From a virus, in IMG/VR virus record IMGVR_UViG_3300029319_000002, positions 32,001 through 96,000 of that record: a stretch of 64,000 nucleotides of DNA; one strand, given 5' to 3'. Below the pieces are notes generated by a model. The model had not been told where the DNA came from. It worked only from the letters and a program-made list of their open reading frames with translations, and made no database searches. Numbering within the stretch: position 1 is the first letter of the stretch; every line of letters begins with the position of its first letter. Positions 10,727-22,500 of this stretch are shown here, in pieces. Both the position numbers and the translations under genes were made by a program.

Positions 10727-10733
10727 AGTATGT

Positions 10734-10739
10734 TAAATA
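10734..10739 (+). promoter_or_regulatory. Probable late promoter
   Basis: TAAATA upstream of the ATG at 10775. Confidence 0.5.
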
Positions 10740-10774
10740 CTAAAGAGATAATGGTAATTATAAATTATTAAAAG

Positions 10775-13700
10775 ATGTCTAAAGAACAGATTTCATATAA
10801 TTTTTCTTCAACTGAAGTCATTAAAGAAGAAATAGAGGTTCATAATTTAACTATTGAATCTATTGATAAAGAATTACCTAAGTCTCAGGCAAAAGGTGAA
10901 GCTTTCACTAAATTAATTGCAGTTGTTGATCAAGAATTATTTTCAAAAGTATCTAGAGTTAATGAATTAGTAGATGAGATCAAAGGATTTCATGAAGCAA
11001 GATTAGCAGGAACTGGAAGTATAGGTGATTTAAATGCGATTCTTGAGACATATCAAACTAATGTTGTAGGTCTAGGTCTTTTAACTCCTTTTAATGATCC
11101 GTTATTTAACCCGAATACAAGTAATACTGGCAATAATTATTTAAATAGTAATCTTAATAAGGCAGCATGGTTCTCCAATATTGGAATTTCTTCAGTAGTT
11201 GTAGGACATACTACTACTGCAAATAAAAGTACTAGAGGTGTATTTGAACCTGTATATAGTCCAGAATTTGAGTATAGGTATAGAATTCAAGAACCTTGTA
11301 ATATTGAATTAAATGAGGAAGATCATTGGGATGGAGCAACATATGAATTTAAGATTGTAGAAAGAGAACCAGGAACTTATAAACAATCAGCTGATGGAGG
11401 TATTAGGGCAGAATATGTTCCAAAATTAATTTGTCCAATTGATGAAAGACCAAATGGTGCTGGTGAAATAACCATTAACAAAATTAATATTAGAATTTAT
11501 GGATATGATTTAGAAGGAGAAAATCCTGTTGAAATAGTAGAATCAGATCTGAGTGAAGATACCGTAGGAATTGGAACTCTTAATATTATAGAAGATGTTA
11601 AAAATGTCTACGATGTTGGTATTAATACTAATAATAGTATTAGTTTTTCATTTGATGGACAAACATTTAGTGGAAATATTACTGAAGGAAGTTCAAATTA
11701 TAATGCTTATATAAAACCTAGACTGGATGAAATTGATGATCTAAGAAAAGAAATTCAAGACCTCAATATTGACATCAATAAGATGAAGGATATGAGGATT
11801 AAGACGGATTTATATACTTGGTCACTTGCTTTTTCAAAAAACGATACTAACGATCAAAAAAATAAAAAATTTAATACTATAGGAACTTTTAATAAGTTTC
11901 AAGACAAATATAAAGAAGTTTTAAATTTTCCTGAACCAAAGAATGAGGAAATTACGAGAGGAAAAACTTTTGCAGAATTAACTGAAGAAGAAAAGGGTGA
12001 ATTATCTGAAACTTATGGACTTGGTATTCCAAAAAATATTAAACCAAAAGTTGGTGAAGATAATCAACCAATTACAAACCCTGTAACTGGTAAAAAAGTA
12101 TATATTTCAGATGACGGATTTAATACAAATTATGATGAGAAAAAATTAAAGAGATTTCTTAAAAAAAATCCTAGTGCAACTTTATTTAATGATTTTACTA
12201 TCACTGAATCAGGTTCAATTGTTGTAATTGATTCTACTGGAACTGCAACGACTTTTACTGGAATTACTACTCAAATCAATAGAGTGACTTCTGGTGGAAT
12301 GAATTCTGGTAATGTTGGTTCTGGAGTGTCTATTGTTCCTCAGGATTTTAATCTTCCTACAGGCATACCTACAAGTAATGTTTTACCATCTCCAGCATCA
12401 GAAGTAGGACTTGCTGTAACTTTTTCTGGATCTATTGGTGTTGCTACACTTGCATGGCAAGAAGGATATTTTGATGAAGTAACTGCTAACGTATTTGTTG
12501 GTGCTGCCACATCAATTAGAGCTGCTTCTATTGATAATAGTCTTGATGAAGATCTTCCATTGTTAATTACTGTTGGTGCAAGCACCGATACTAGAGCTGA
12601 TATAACACCAGTAGTTAATCATAAACTTACATTTAATCCCTTTTCAGGTGAGTTAAGTGTAGGTATTATCTCTGCAACTGAACTTATTGTTGAAACTGGT
12701 GTCATTGGTATTGCAACCGCTGCTAATGTTGAAGACGGTGGTAGTGATACTGATGGCATCTTACTATTCACTGATTTTATTGGAAATGCTGCAAATGTTC
12801 TTGGTGATTCCGGAATCAGAGTCAACCCATCTCGTAACGAGATTATTGCAAGTCGTTTTACTGGTATTGTTTCTGCAACTGATGTTACTGCAGGTGTTGC
12901 AACACTCAGTGAGTTGGGAGTTGCTGGTATTATAACTGCTGCTGAAAGTGAAATAGCTTTCTTTCAAACTCAATATTTCGCAAGGTCTTGGCCATATCAT
13001 GATTGGACTAATTCTCAGAAAGGAGTTACTCTTCGGACTCCAGGTCAAAATATAATAATTCAAGCCGGTGGTGCTCAGACAACTAGGAGTTATGTTTCTC
13101 TTACTAATGGTGGTGGTGTTTGGATCGGTGGTGGTTATCAAGATCCTGAAGGAGTTAATATCAATGCTGGTTCTGGTGATGTAAAAATAACTGGTGGTGA
13201 TGTCGGTATTGGTTCTACACAACCAACAGCAAAACTTGATGTAGATGGAACATTAAATGTATCCGGTGTTTCTACATTCACAGGTTCTATAAGTCTTCCC
13301 GATAGTTCTGGAGACACAGTTGGTAGAGCATTATTTGGTGATAATGATGACTTAAGAATTTATCATGATGGTAATAACAGTATCATTCAAGAGGTTGGTG
13401 CTGGAGATTTAAGACTTGCTGGTAATGTTGTTAAACTTAATAATTCAAATAATACTGCCACCATGGTTAAGGCTACTGATGGTGGATCAGTAGAACTCAA
13501 TTATAATAATTCTAAGAAACTTGAAACCGATGATTCTGGTATTGATGTAACAGGTCATATTGAGGCTGATACCTTAAATGTATCTGGTGTAACAACAGTT
13601 GGAACTATTGGTGCGGGAACTGGTGATATTACCACACTTAATAGCACTACTATTAGCAACTCAGGTCATCTAGAATCTGGATTTATTGATGTTGGAATTG

Positions 13701-16700
13701 TTACTGCCAACACTGGAATTATAACCAGTGGTTATGTTGAACAACTATCAGTTGAAGAGCAGATATTTACTACTGATGGTAATACTGATATCAACTCAAC
13801 GTTTGATCAAATAACAATTAGTTCTGATGCTCAGGGAAGGTCATTTACTGACTCTGATCAAGTAATTTATGTTGCAGGATCTCCTGGAATTGGTGGATTG
13901 ACTAATGGTCAATTCTATTATGTTCAGACAGTAGGAATCAATACAATTAAGTTGTACTCTGATTCAGCACTTTCTAGTTTAGTAGAGGTAACACCATCTG
14001 GTTCTGATGGTGTTCATACTTTCAGAAAAACTGAAGTTGGTATTGGAACAATCGAGAAGTTTTATTCAACTTCCGCAGAGATTAAAGATGTCAATGTAAC
14101 TGGAGTTGCAACTGTAGCATTCTCTACAACTACTGATGCTTATATTGGATTCTCTACTATCAATAATTTACAGATTAGAGGTCCGGTTGTAGCAGATCTA
14201 TTTGATATTTCTAACTTTGTATATGACAATAATACTGGAATATCTACAATCACAGTTGCTAGTGATATTACTTTCAGTGCAGGAGATAGAGTGACTCTAT
14301 CTGGAATAGCATTTACTTGTCCTGATGGTTCTGGCATAACCACAACTGTTTTTCCAGATGGAACACAAGGATTTGAATATCTAGTCAACACTAAACTTAC
14401 TAATAGAATATTTACTACTAATGTGGGAATATCTACTATCATTCATACTTATGATAGTGGTGGTCAAGTTACTTTTGGTCTCAATAACTCATATCAATTC
14501 CCTAACACTGATGGTGCTGCTGGTCAGATTCTAAAAACGGATGGATCCGGAACATTAACATTTGAAGCACCGGATACATTCGGTGGAAATAGAATTTATG
14601 TATCAGCAAGTCTTGGAAATGATATTAATGATGGTAAGAGTGCTCCTGTAAAAACTATTAAGAAAGCAGCACAACTTGCGGCAGCAGAAAGTTATCTGTA
14701 TCCTGTAACTATTATGGTTGCTGGTGGAAATTATGTAGAAGATAATCCTATTATTCTTGCTGATGATGTTGCTGTTGTTGGTGATAACTTAAGAAGAGTT
14801 GTAGTTAGACCAAAGAACAAACTAAGAGATTGCTTTAGAATTAGAAACGGTTGTTATGTAACAGGTGTTGTATTTAAAGATAATGTTACTTTCCCTGCCG
14901 GTGCCGGTGTAAGACATGATATCTTGGATCAAGCAGGAAATTATGCAAAAATTCTTGTCAACGGTGAAACTGGAACAGCAACAACTTACAGAACCTTTAT
15001 CAATCCAGTTGTTACTCCCGTTGTATCTTCTGCTAGTACTGTTGGTATTTGTAGTAGAATTGACGACTTAATTAAACTTACAAAAGATTCGTTAACTGAT
15101 GAGAAAACTAGTTTACCAACTAGATCTGCAGGTAATACTGATCAAGAGTTTACAGATGCTGGTAATTTAATTATTGCTAATATTGGTGCATCTGCTGGAG
15201 TTGCAAGTGTGGCATATATTCCAGGAAATGCTGTTGGTTGGTCAACTGCTGGTGGTGGTGGAAACTTCACATTATCTGATACTCAGATCACTGAATTTGA
15301 GGAAGAAGTTCATAATATTGTATTTGGTATTGCTGATGACTTAAGATATGGTGGAACTTTTGGAAATGAATATACTCTTAAAAAGATTAGAGATCTTGTA
15401 GTTGGAACTCCCTCTTTTGCGTTTGATTACATCGTATCTTTTGATGATCCTCTTGATACTACTACGAGTAGGGATGGATATGTTGGATTGTCATCAGATA
15501 AACCAAGAATTACACAATCTCCTTACATTCAAAACTGCTCTATTATTTCATTCTTAGGTGCAAATGGATGTAATGTTGACGGTAGTAAAATTATTCAAGA
15601 AAACGAACCTATCGTAGAGGAAGAGGCAGAAGTTCCTTTTGTTGGTGATGTTCCTGATCAAGGAAAATCAATGGTTGCAAATGCCTTCACCGCAGTTACA
15701 TTTGGTGGCATTGGTTGGAAAGTATCCAATGCTGGATATGCACAGATTGTTTCTTGTTTCCAAATCTTCTGTCAAATTGGTTCTTATGCACAATCTGGTG
15801 GATATCTATCAATCACCAACTCTGCAACCAACTTTGGATTATATGCTCTAAGAGCATCTGGATTTAGAGCACAAGCATTTGAGTTTGATAAGGGATTTAT
15901 ATTCTCTGATGGAACAAGTGGTGCAAATCAAACACTAAGAGTTGGTGGATTGAAAAGAGCTGAGCAAGATTTATATGTCTTAAGATTTATTAATGATGAT
16001 ACTGGTGTTGATCAAACAGAAAACTTTAAAACTGCAGGAATTACAACATCATTATCAAGTTCTGGAATTAATACTATAACTGATCGAATTGATATCAGTG
16101 GAGTTTCTGCATCATTATCAGATTCTGATGGATTACTTTACATTGCACCATCCAATGAAAAGCAAATAGGTGGACTTGTAAATGATACTACTTATTACAT
16201 TAAAAAGATTGGTACAGGAACTACTGCAACACTACACTTTGATGATGAATTAAGAAATCAGATTGATTTAACAGAAGTTCCTGCAGGTATTCATACTTTT
16301 ACTAAAGTTGCTGAAGAATTTATTGCGAGTGAAATTATTGAGAGAAGCACCACCTATCAGAATCTTACATTAGCAGATCCCATAGGAGTTGGTGTTACTT
16401 TTGTTCCTGGAACATCTATTTCTCAAGTTAGATCTGATAATGCAGTTGCTGTAGGATTTGCTGTTACTTGGACATCTAGTGTTCTCACTGTAAGTGTAGA
16501 GAACTCGATTGATGCCGATAATGCAACTGCTAGAGTGTTATTCCAAACAACAGCTACAGCTGCCGCAGGTAGTGGTGATGGAAAAGTTAATGATGAAAAT
16601 GACGTAAAAACAAGTATCAATGCTGTAGAAAGTAGAAGTGACTTACATACAATTAACTTTAAAGTAGATTCTACAATCACAGGTAATCCTATCATAGGAA

Positions 16701-19546
16701 TTACTGGACTTCCAAAACTATATCAGTGTCATTTGCATAGACCATCTATTGTTAATTCTTCCGCACACACTTGGGAATATGCAGGATCTGGTATTGATTA
16801 TAATGCTCTTCCTCAAAACGGTGGAATTGCCAATGCTGAATTTGAACAATATAACGAAAATGGTGGACAAGTATTTACTTCTGGAACTAATGAACTTGGT
16901 GACTTTAAGGTTGGTAAGTCAATTACTGCATTCAACAGAACTGGTAACATTGATTTCCAAAATAAAGTCACAATTGGTCAATTAGATTCACTTGAACTAT
17001 CACTATCTGGTGGTGTCAAAATTACAGAAATTTCTATAAGTAGAGAACTTGGGAATGATGAAATCGGTGGACCATCTGATGCTAGATTGGCAACACAAGC
17101 TGCCACTTATGGATATCTAACTGGACATTTAGGACCTTTCATTGATCAAAATAAATCAACTGCACCAATTCCTTCTGCTGTTCCACAATTAAATTCTCAG
17201 GGTCTATTAGATCCTGGAATGATTCCTGCTCAAATCAGATTTAACAATGTATTTGAAACAAATGTTAGTGGTGGTAGAACAGATTTATGTAATGATATTC
17301 CTGCAATCGAAGTATTAAAATCTGATATTGTCACTGAAGAATTTGTTGGTGCTGGTGAGACAACAACCACCACTTCTAACTTTACAATGACTTTCGAGAA
17401 TGAAAGTCAATTCTTAGTTCTTAGTTCAGATACTGATGATTTTGCCTTTGATAATGGAGATATTGTAACTGCATCTCAAAATGGAGCTACCGGAATTGTA
17501 ACTACACCCACACATATCTCTTACGGAAGTACTGGACTGGTTAAAGGTGTTATTAATACAATTAGTGTCAGTGCTGGTGGAACTGGATATAATGTTGCTG
17601 GAATTTATAGTGGTGTAAACTTAATTTCTACAACAGGAATTGGAACATCTGCTATTGCTGATGTTACTGTTAATTCTCTAGGAGAAGTTGAAAATATTAA
17701 TATCAGAAGGGGTGGTAGATTTTATGCATCTGGAGATACATTTATTGTAGATCCTCAAGCGATTGGTGGAGTAGATGTTGGATTTACAACATTTACTGCT
17801 AGTGTTACCAATGTTGATACTAGATTATACGTAGATCTCATTGGAGATAAATCTCAATTCTTCGCAACTCAAAGTGTTCCTGATTTTATCTCTGATGGAA
17901 CTGTATCTGCAGGATCAACTGACTTTTCAACTGTTTATACTGAAACTTTCTTACCAACTTCTGTTGGTGTTGGTGGTAGTATTTTCTTTAGTGAAAATGC
18001 AATTTTAATTGATACAGACACATACGACTTTGATGACGGAGATCCAGTTCTCTATACTGTCACTGGAGGAACTGTATTAGGACAACTTGAGAACAACAAA
18101 ACTTATTTTGTTAAAAAAGTTGGTGTAAATTCTATCAGATTATCTACAACATATGATGGCAATAACATTGTCACTTTAGATGCATCCGGAACCGGAACAC
18201 ATCAACTAAAGAGACTAGGTGTTAGTACTGCTACGGATTTTATTGTATTCAAAGATCATGGATTTACTCTAGGAAAATCTTTAAAATATACCTCAGGTGA
18301 TGGTCCTGCAGGTATTTCTACAGGAAGTTATTATTTTGTTGGATCTGTAGTGACTAATGGATTCACATTACATGATGTGAGACAAGATGCTCTCAATTCT
18401 ATTAATGGATCTACAGTTAATGCTAGAGATTTAACCACTGTTGGTAGTGGAATTGGAACTTTTGATGAGCAAAATGTCACATTTGTAAGCACCATTAACA
18501 CTTCTTCTAATAACAAAAATAATTTCAGTATTCTAGTTTCGTCTGCAGATATTGATGCTTCTAATGTTATTAGTGGTGTACTTGAAGCTGATAGATTGGC
18601 AATAAATGGAACTCCAAGCAATACAACATTTTTAAGGGGTGATAGCACTTGGGCTGGTGCTGTTCAAAGTATTGCTGTTGGTGTAGGAACAACATCTGCA
18701 ATTAATGTCTTCCCTGGCACTCCATCAGTAAGTATTGTTGGAAGTGGAATTAACACATATTATGGTAATTTAAGACTAGATGTTCAGGGTGTTTCAACTG
18801 ATACTGCATTAATTGGAGCAGATGAATATTCTACACTTGGTGTTGTTAGATTGAGATGGAAAGATGGTTCTGATACAGGACCATTTAAAGTGACTAATGA
18901 TGATTTCTTAGTTGATTTACAGAGCACTGTTAGTGGAACAAATGATAATAGCATTGATGCTTACAGATTCCAAGGTCAAACTCTTGCTGATGTTGTTAAT
19001 TTATCAACTCAATCTGTAAACGGTAACAGCAGAGGAACTTTAACTACATTAAATGGTGGAACTGGTGCAGCAAATAATGCTGCAACTACTGGTCAGATGC
19101 TGGTTTGTAATACTGCTGGAGAGTTTAATACATCTTCTGCACCAACATTAAATGGTAAACTCGGTATTGGATTCTTTAGTGCCACTGCTTCCGATATTAA
19201 AGGAACATTAGATATTGATCAATTAGCATCTCATGATACTACATCAACAACTACAACCACAACAACACAAACCTCTATCTTTAGTTTTGATAAATCCGTA
19301 TTCAGAACTGCAAAAGTTTTAATTTCCATAACTGATGCAGATGGATCTAATTATCACTCCACTGAAATGCTTGTAATTCATGATGGAACTGATGCATATA
19401 AGACCGAATATGGTTCTATTTTTACCTCACAATTAGCAACATTTGCTGTTGATGTGAGTGGAACAAATGTAAGAATTCTTGCAACTCCTGCATCTTCAAA
19501 CTCAATCACATTCAAGGTTTATGCCAGTGGTTTAATACGAGTTTGA
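10775..19546 (+). CDS. Giant mosaic fibre/tailspike-like structural protein (2923 aa)
   Basis: Charged/coiled-coil N-terminus; internal RIYVS..GNDxNDG..PVKTIKKA beta-helix entry motif; FLRGDSTW; C-terminal SFDKSVFRTAKVLI..EMLVIHDGT...EYG domain common in cyanophage fibres. Confidence 0.8.
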   Translation: MSKEQISYNFSSTEVIKEEIEVHNLTIESIDKELPKSQAKGEAFTKLIAVVDQELFSKVSRVNELVDEIKGFHEARLAGTGSIGDLNAILETYQTNVVGLGLLTPFNDPLFNPNTSNTGNNYLNSNLNKAAWFSNIGISSVVVGHTTTANKSTRGVFEPVYSPEFEYRYRIQEPCNIELNEEDHWDGATYEFKIVEREPGTYKQSADGGIRAEYVPKLICPIDERPNGAGEITINKINIRIYGYDLEGENPVEIVESDLSEDTVGIGTLNIIEDVKNVYDVGINTNNSISFSFDGQTFSGNITEGSSNYNAYIKPRLDEIDDLRKEIQDLNIDINKMKDMRIKTDLYTWSLAFSKNDTNDQKNKKFNTIGTFNKFQDKYKEVLNFPEPKNEEITRGKTFAELTEEEKGELSETYGLGIPKNIKPKVGEDNQPITNPVTGKKVYISDDGFNTNYDEKKLKRFLKKNPSATLFNDFTITESGSIVVIDSTGTATTFTGITTQINRVTSGGMNSGNVGSGVSIVPQDFNLPTGIPTSNVLPSPASEVGLAVTFSGSIGVATLAWQEGYFDEVTANVFVGAATSIRAASIDNSLDEDLPLLITVGASTDTRADITPVVNHKLTFNPFSGELSVGIISATELIVETGVIGIATAANVEDGGSDTDGILLFTDFIGNAANVLGDSGIRVNPSRNEIIASRFTGIVSATDVTAGVATLSELGVAGIITAAESEIAFFQTQYFARSWPYHDWTNSQKGVTLRTPGQNIIIQAGGAQTTRSYVSLTNGGGVWIGGGYQDPEGVNINAGSGDVKITGGDVGIGSTQPTAKLDVDGTLNVSGVSTFTGSISLPDSSGDTVGRALFGDNDDLRIYHDGNNSIIQEVGAGDLRLAGNVVKLNNSNNTATMVKATDGGSVELNYNNSKKLETDDSGIDVTGHIEADTLNVSGVTTVGTIGAGTGDITTLNSTTISNSGHLESGFIDVGIVTANTGIITSGYVEQLSVEEQIFTTDGNTDINSTFDQITISSDAQGRSFTDSDQVIYVAGSPGIGGLTNGQFYYVQTVGINTIKLYSDSALSSLVEVTPSGSDGVHTFRKTEVGIGTIEKFYSTSAEIKDVNVTGVATVAFSTTTDAYIGFSTINNLQIRGPVVADLFDISNFVYDNNTGISTITVASDITFSAGDRVTLSGIAFTCPDGSGITTTVFPDGTQGFEYLVNTKLTNRIFTTNVGISTIIHTYDSGGQVTFGLNNSYQFPNTDGAAGQILKTDGSGTLTFEAPDTFGGNRIYVSASLGNDINDGKSAPVKTIKKAAQLAAAESYLYPVTIMVAGGNYVEDNPIILADDVAVVGDNLRRVVVRPKNKLRDCFRIRNGCYVTGVVFKDNVTFPAGAGVRHDILDQAGNYAKILVNGETGTATTYRTFINPVVTPVVSSASTVGICSRIDDLIKLTKDSLTDEKTSLPTRSAGNTDQEFTDAGNLIIANIGASAGVASVAYIPGNAVGWSTAGGGGNFTLSDTQITEFEEEVHNIVFGIADDLRYGGTFGNEYTLKKIRDLVVGTPSFAFDYIVSFDDPLDTTTSRDGYVGLSSDKPRITQSPYIQNCSIISFLGANGCNVDGSKIIQENEPIVEEEAEVPFVGDVPDQGKSMVANAFTAVTFGGIGWKVSNAGYAQIVSCFQIFCQIGSYAQSGGYLSITNSATNFGLYALRASGFRAQAFEFDKGFIFSDGTSGANQTLRVGGLKRAEQDLYVLRFINDDTGVDQTENFKTAGITTSLSSSGINTITDRIDISGVSASLSDSDGLLYIAPSNEKQIGGLVNDTTYYIKKIGTGTTATLHFDDELRNQIDLTEVPAGIHTFTKVAEEFIASEIIERSTTYQNLTLADPIGVGVTFVPGTSISQVRSDNAVAVGFAVTWTSSVLTVSVENSIDADNATARVLFQTTATAAAGSGDGKVNDENDVKTSINAVESRSDLHTINFKVDSTITGNPIIGITGLPKLYQCHLHRPSIVNSSAHTWEYAGSGIDYNALPQNGGIANAEFEQYNENGGQVFTSGTNELGDFKVGKSITAFNRTGNIDFQNKVTIGQLDSLELSLSGGVKITEISISRELGNDEIGGPSDARLATQAATYGYLTGHLGPFIDQNKSTAPIPSAVPQLNSQGLLDPGMIPAQIRFNNVFETNVSGGRTDLCNDIPAIEVLKSDIVTEEFVGAGETTTTTSNFTMTFENESQFLVLSSDTDDFAFDNGDIVTASQNGATGIVTTPTHISYGSTGLVKGVINTISVSAGGTGYNVAGIYSGVNLISTTGIGTSAIADVTVNSLGEVENINIRRGGRFYASGDTFIVDPQAIGGVDVGFTTFTASVTNVDTRLYVDLIGDKSQFFATQSVPDFISDGTVSAGSTDFSTVYTETFLPTSVGVGGSIFFSENAILIDTDTYDFDDGDPVLYTVTGGTVLGQLENNKTYFVKKVGVNSIRLSTTYDGNNIVTLDASGTGTHQLKRLGVSTATDFIVFKDHGFTLGKSLKYTSGDGPAGISTGSYYFVGSVVTNGFTLHDVRQDALNSINGSTVNARDLTTVGSGIGTFDEQNVTFVSTINTSSNNKNNFSILVSSADIDASNVISGVLEADRLAINGTPSNTTFLRGDSTWAGAVQSIAVGVGTTSAINVFPGTPSVSIVGSGINTYYGNLRLDVQGVSTDTALIGADEYSTLGVVRLRWKDGSDTGPFKVTNDDFLVDLQSTVSGTNDNSIDAYRFQGQTLADVVNLSTQSVNGNSRGTLTTLNGGTGAANNAATTGQMLVCNTAGEFNTSSAPTLNGKLGIGFFSATASDIKGTLDIDQLASHDTTSTTTTTTTQTSIFSFDKSVFRTAKVLISITDADGSNYHSTEMLVIHDGTDAYKTEYGSIFTSQLATFAVDVSGTNVRILATPASSNSITFKVYASGLIRV

Positions 19547-19547
19547 T

Positions 19548-19554
19548 CTAAATA
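19548..19554 (+). promoter_or_regulatory. T4-type late promoter
   Basis: CTAAATA immediately after the upstream stop; GGGGGGATAGTGAAC leader before the ATG at 19598. Confidence 0.7.
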
Positions 19555-19597
19555 GTAATACAATAAAGAAAGACACAAGGGGGGATAGTGAACTCCT

Positions 19598-22500
19598 ATG
19601 GCAAATAGAGATTTTAAGGTACGCCACGGTTTAAATGTTTGTGGGAACTCCAGTTTAGGAGGAGACGTTGCGATATCTGGAAATTTAGATATAGGAGGTA
19701 ATCTATCACTGGAGAGTGCAGATCTCAGTGGTGATTTACAAGTATCTGGTGCTGCATCTTTTGGATCATTAAAGGTTGCTGGAACAACATCACTGCAAGG
19801 TGGTCTTATAGTTGATACATCTCTAGATGTTCAAACTACATTACAAGCAGATGCTATAAGTGCTAGTGGTCAGTTACAAGTTGATGGAACTACATCTCTT
19901 AAGGATACACTAACTGTTAGTGGACTTACATCATTACAAGGTGGTCTTGTAGTTGATACATCTATGGATGTTCAATCCACATTACAGGCAAATACTATTA
20001 GTTCTTCTGGTCAGTTAATAGTACAGCAACAAGCACTTATTGCAGGTCAAACTTCTGTTGGTGGAACTTTAAAAGTTACGGGAGAGTCTCAGGTTGCCAC
20101 TATTAGTTCTTCTGGTCAGTTAATAGTACAGCAACAAGCACTTATTACAGGTCAAACTTCTGTTGGTGGAAATTTAAAAGTTACTGGTGCCACAACATTA
20201 TGTTCAACATTAGAAGTACAGGGTACAACTACTCTTTCCGGTGATGTTCAAGCAAAGGGCAATTTAAGTGTTGGTGGTGATTTAATTGTTTCTGGAGCAC
20301 TTCAAGTTGGTGGTTCCGGAGGATCTGGTTTTAGTGTTGATAGTCCTGCAACTTTTGGAAATACTGTAACGATATCTGGTACAACTACTCTTTGCTCTGA
20401 TTTGAGTATTGGGGGAGGAGGAAAAATCACAATATCTAGTAATACAACTCCTCATATTCAACTAAAAGGTGATGGTCCTCACAAACTTAGATTTCACGAT
20501 GCTGGAACTACATCACAATCAAAAGCATTAGACTTAGTTTATAGGACAAATCCAAATACTTTAGGATTTGAAAAAGCATCTGATGAAACAAAGATATGGG
20601 AAACTGATGTTGATGATTTAAAAACTACTTTTCATGAACAAGTACTTATATCAGGAACTATTTGTGCCGGAACTGCTATCATTGCAGGAGCTTTGCAAGT
20701 ATCTGGAGGTGCAGACTTTCATTCAACTCTTCAAGTCTCTGGAAATGCAAGTGTTGGTGGAAATTTTTCAACTAATACCTTAAGTGTCGGTGGTTCAACT
20801 ATCCTTTCTGGTGCTGTTCAAGCAAAAAGTGATATCAGTGTCGGTGGTTCAACTATCCTTTCTGGTGATGTTCAAGCAAAAAGTGATATCAGTGTTGGTG
20901 GAAAACTTGTAGTCGGTGGAAGTACAATATGTGGATCTGCTATTTTAGCTTCTAATGTTTCAACTCAATTTTTACAAGTTTCTAGCAATACACGTATCGG
21001 TGGAGTATTACAAGTTACTGGATCAATTTCTGCCCCTGGTGGCATTCATGCAGCTGGTGGTGATATTCAAACATCTGGAACTATTTCTGGAACTCAACTT
21101 AAGTTTGTGAGTGCTAGTGGTCAGAGAATGACCGTATCTAATCTAGATTCTGTCTCCGGTAGAGTTGGAACTTTATCTGCCACTAAATTTAATTTTACTA
21201 GTGCTGGTGGTCAGAGAATGACCATATCTTCTGCTACTATAACATCACTAAATGTAAGCACAATTACTGTTAATCAGCAGGGCAACATTGCTCGAAGAAT
21301 TAGTGGAACTGTCGCAAGTAATAATTCATCTTATGTAACTGCATTTACTGTAACTGGTAATAATCTGGCATCATGCATTGAAGTATTCTTTGAAGGATCT
21401 ATTGCTAACGTTGTAGTTGCATGTTATGCAGAAATTGTAGTTAATCATAGTGGTGATATAAGTATTCGCACTCACCAAGGACAGTATGTAACACTAGATG
21501 TTCAAGTTATTAGTAATGGTGATGAAGATTTTGCAGTATTGGTTAAGAGAAATGGTGGAGTAGCAGGAACTGCAAACCTTAACTTTAATGTTTATCCAAA
21601 AGGTGATGAAACTGTTACTGCAACATCAACTAACCCTTATTCAGGAACAACATTTACTCATACTGGTGCAAGAGGAACAAAGATAACTGCAACTGGTGGA
21701 AATCCTCATAAATTTGAAACTGACGGTGCCATTGTTGGTGGAAAGACACTAACAGTTAGTGGACTTACATCACTACAAGGTGGTCTTGTAGTTGATACAT
21801 CTATGGATGTTCAGACCTTATTACAAGCAGATACTATTAGTGCTAGTGGTAATCTTACAGTTAAAGGTAGTAGTGTTCTTTCTGGTAAAGTAACAGCAAA
21901 GTCTAATTTAAGTGTTGCTGGTTCAAGTATCCTTTCTGGTGCAGTTCAAGCAAAGAACACTTTATGTGTTGGTGGAAGTGGAACTATTGCTGGAGTATCA
22001 TTTGATAAAGGTTGGGTGAGAATTGGAACTGCTGATGCTGGAATTGCAATGGATCCCAACGAGATTTACTTTGCTGGTGCTGGTAATCTTGGAACATTAT
22101 CTGGTCACTTAACTCTGAATCCTGCACAAAGTATTGTCACCAGTAAAGTATTTGATTCTACTGCTAATATTCAAACCACTGCTATTATTTCAGGAACGCA
22201 ACTCAGATGCACATCATTTGCAGGAACAACTGTTGATGTTACAGGAACTTTACAAGTATCTGGATCTACATCTTTAGGGTCACTAAAAGTTGCTGGAACC
22301 ACATGCTTACAAAATACTACAGTTGTTAATAGTGCATTACAACTAAAAAGTGAACTAGATTTTATTGGTGGTACTAATGGAAAAATAATTGACTTTACGT
22401 TAAGTTCTAACACTACTGCAACTCTTAGAAGTCATGATGCTAATAATCAAAACTTTCATAATATGCTAATTATGCACCGTGCTGGTGCTGTTGAGTTATT

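Noticed and set aside
19240-19270. ACA/ACT-rich run encoding TTSTTTTTTTQT
   Set aside because: Ordinary low-complexity linker before the C-terminal domain; not a perfect microsatellite.
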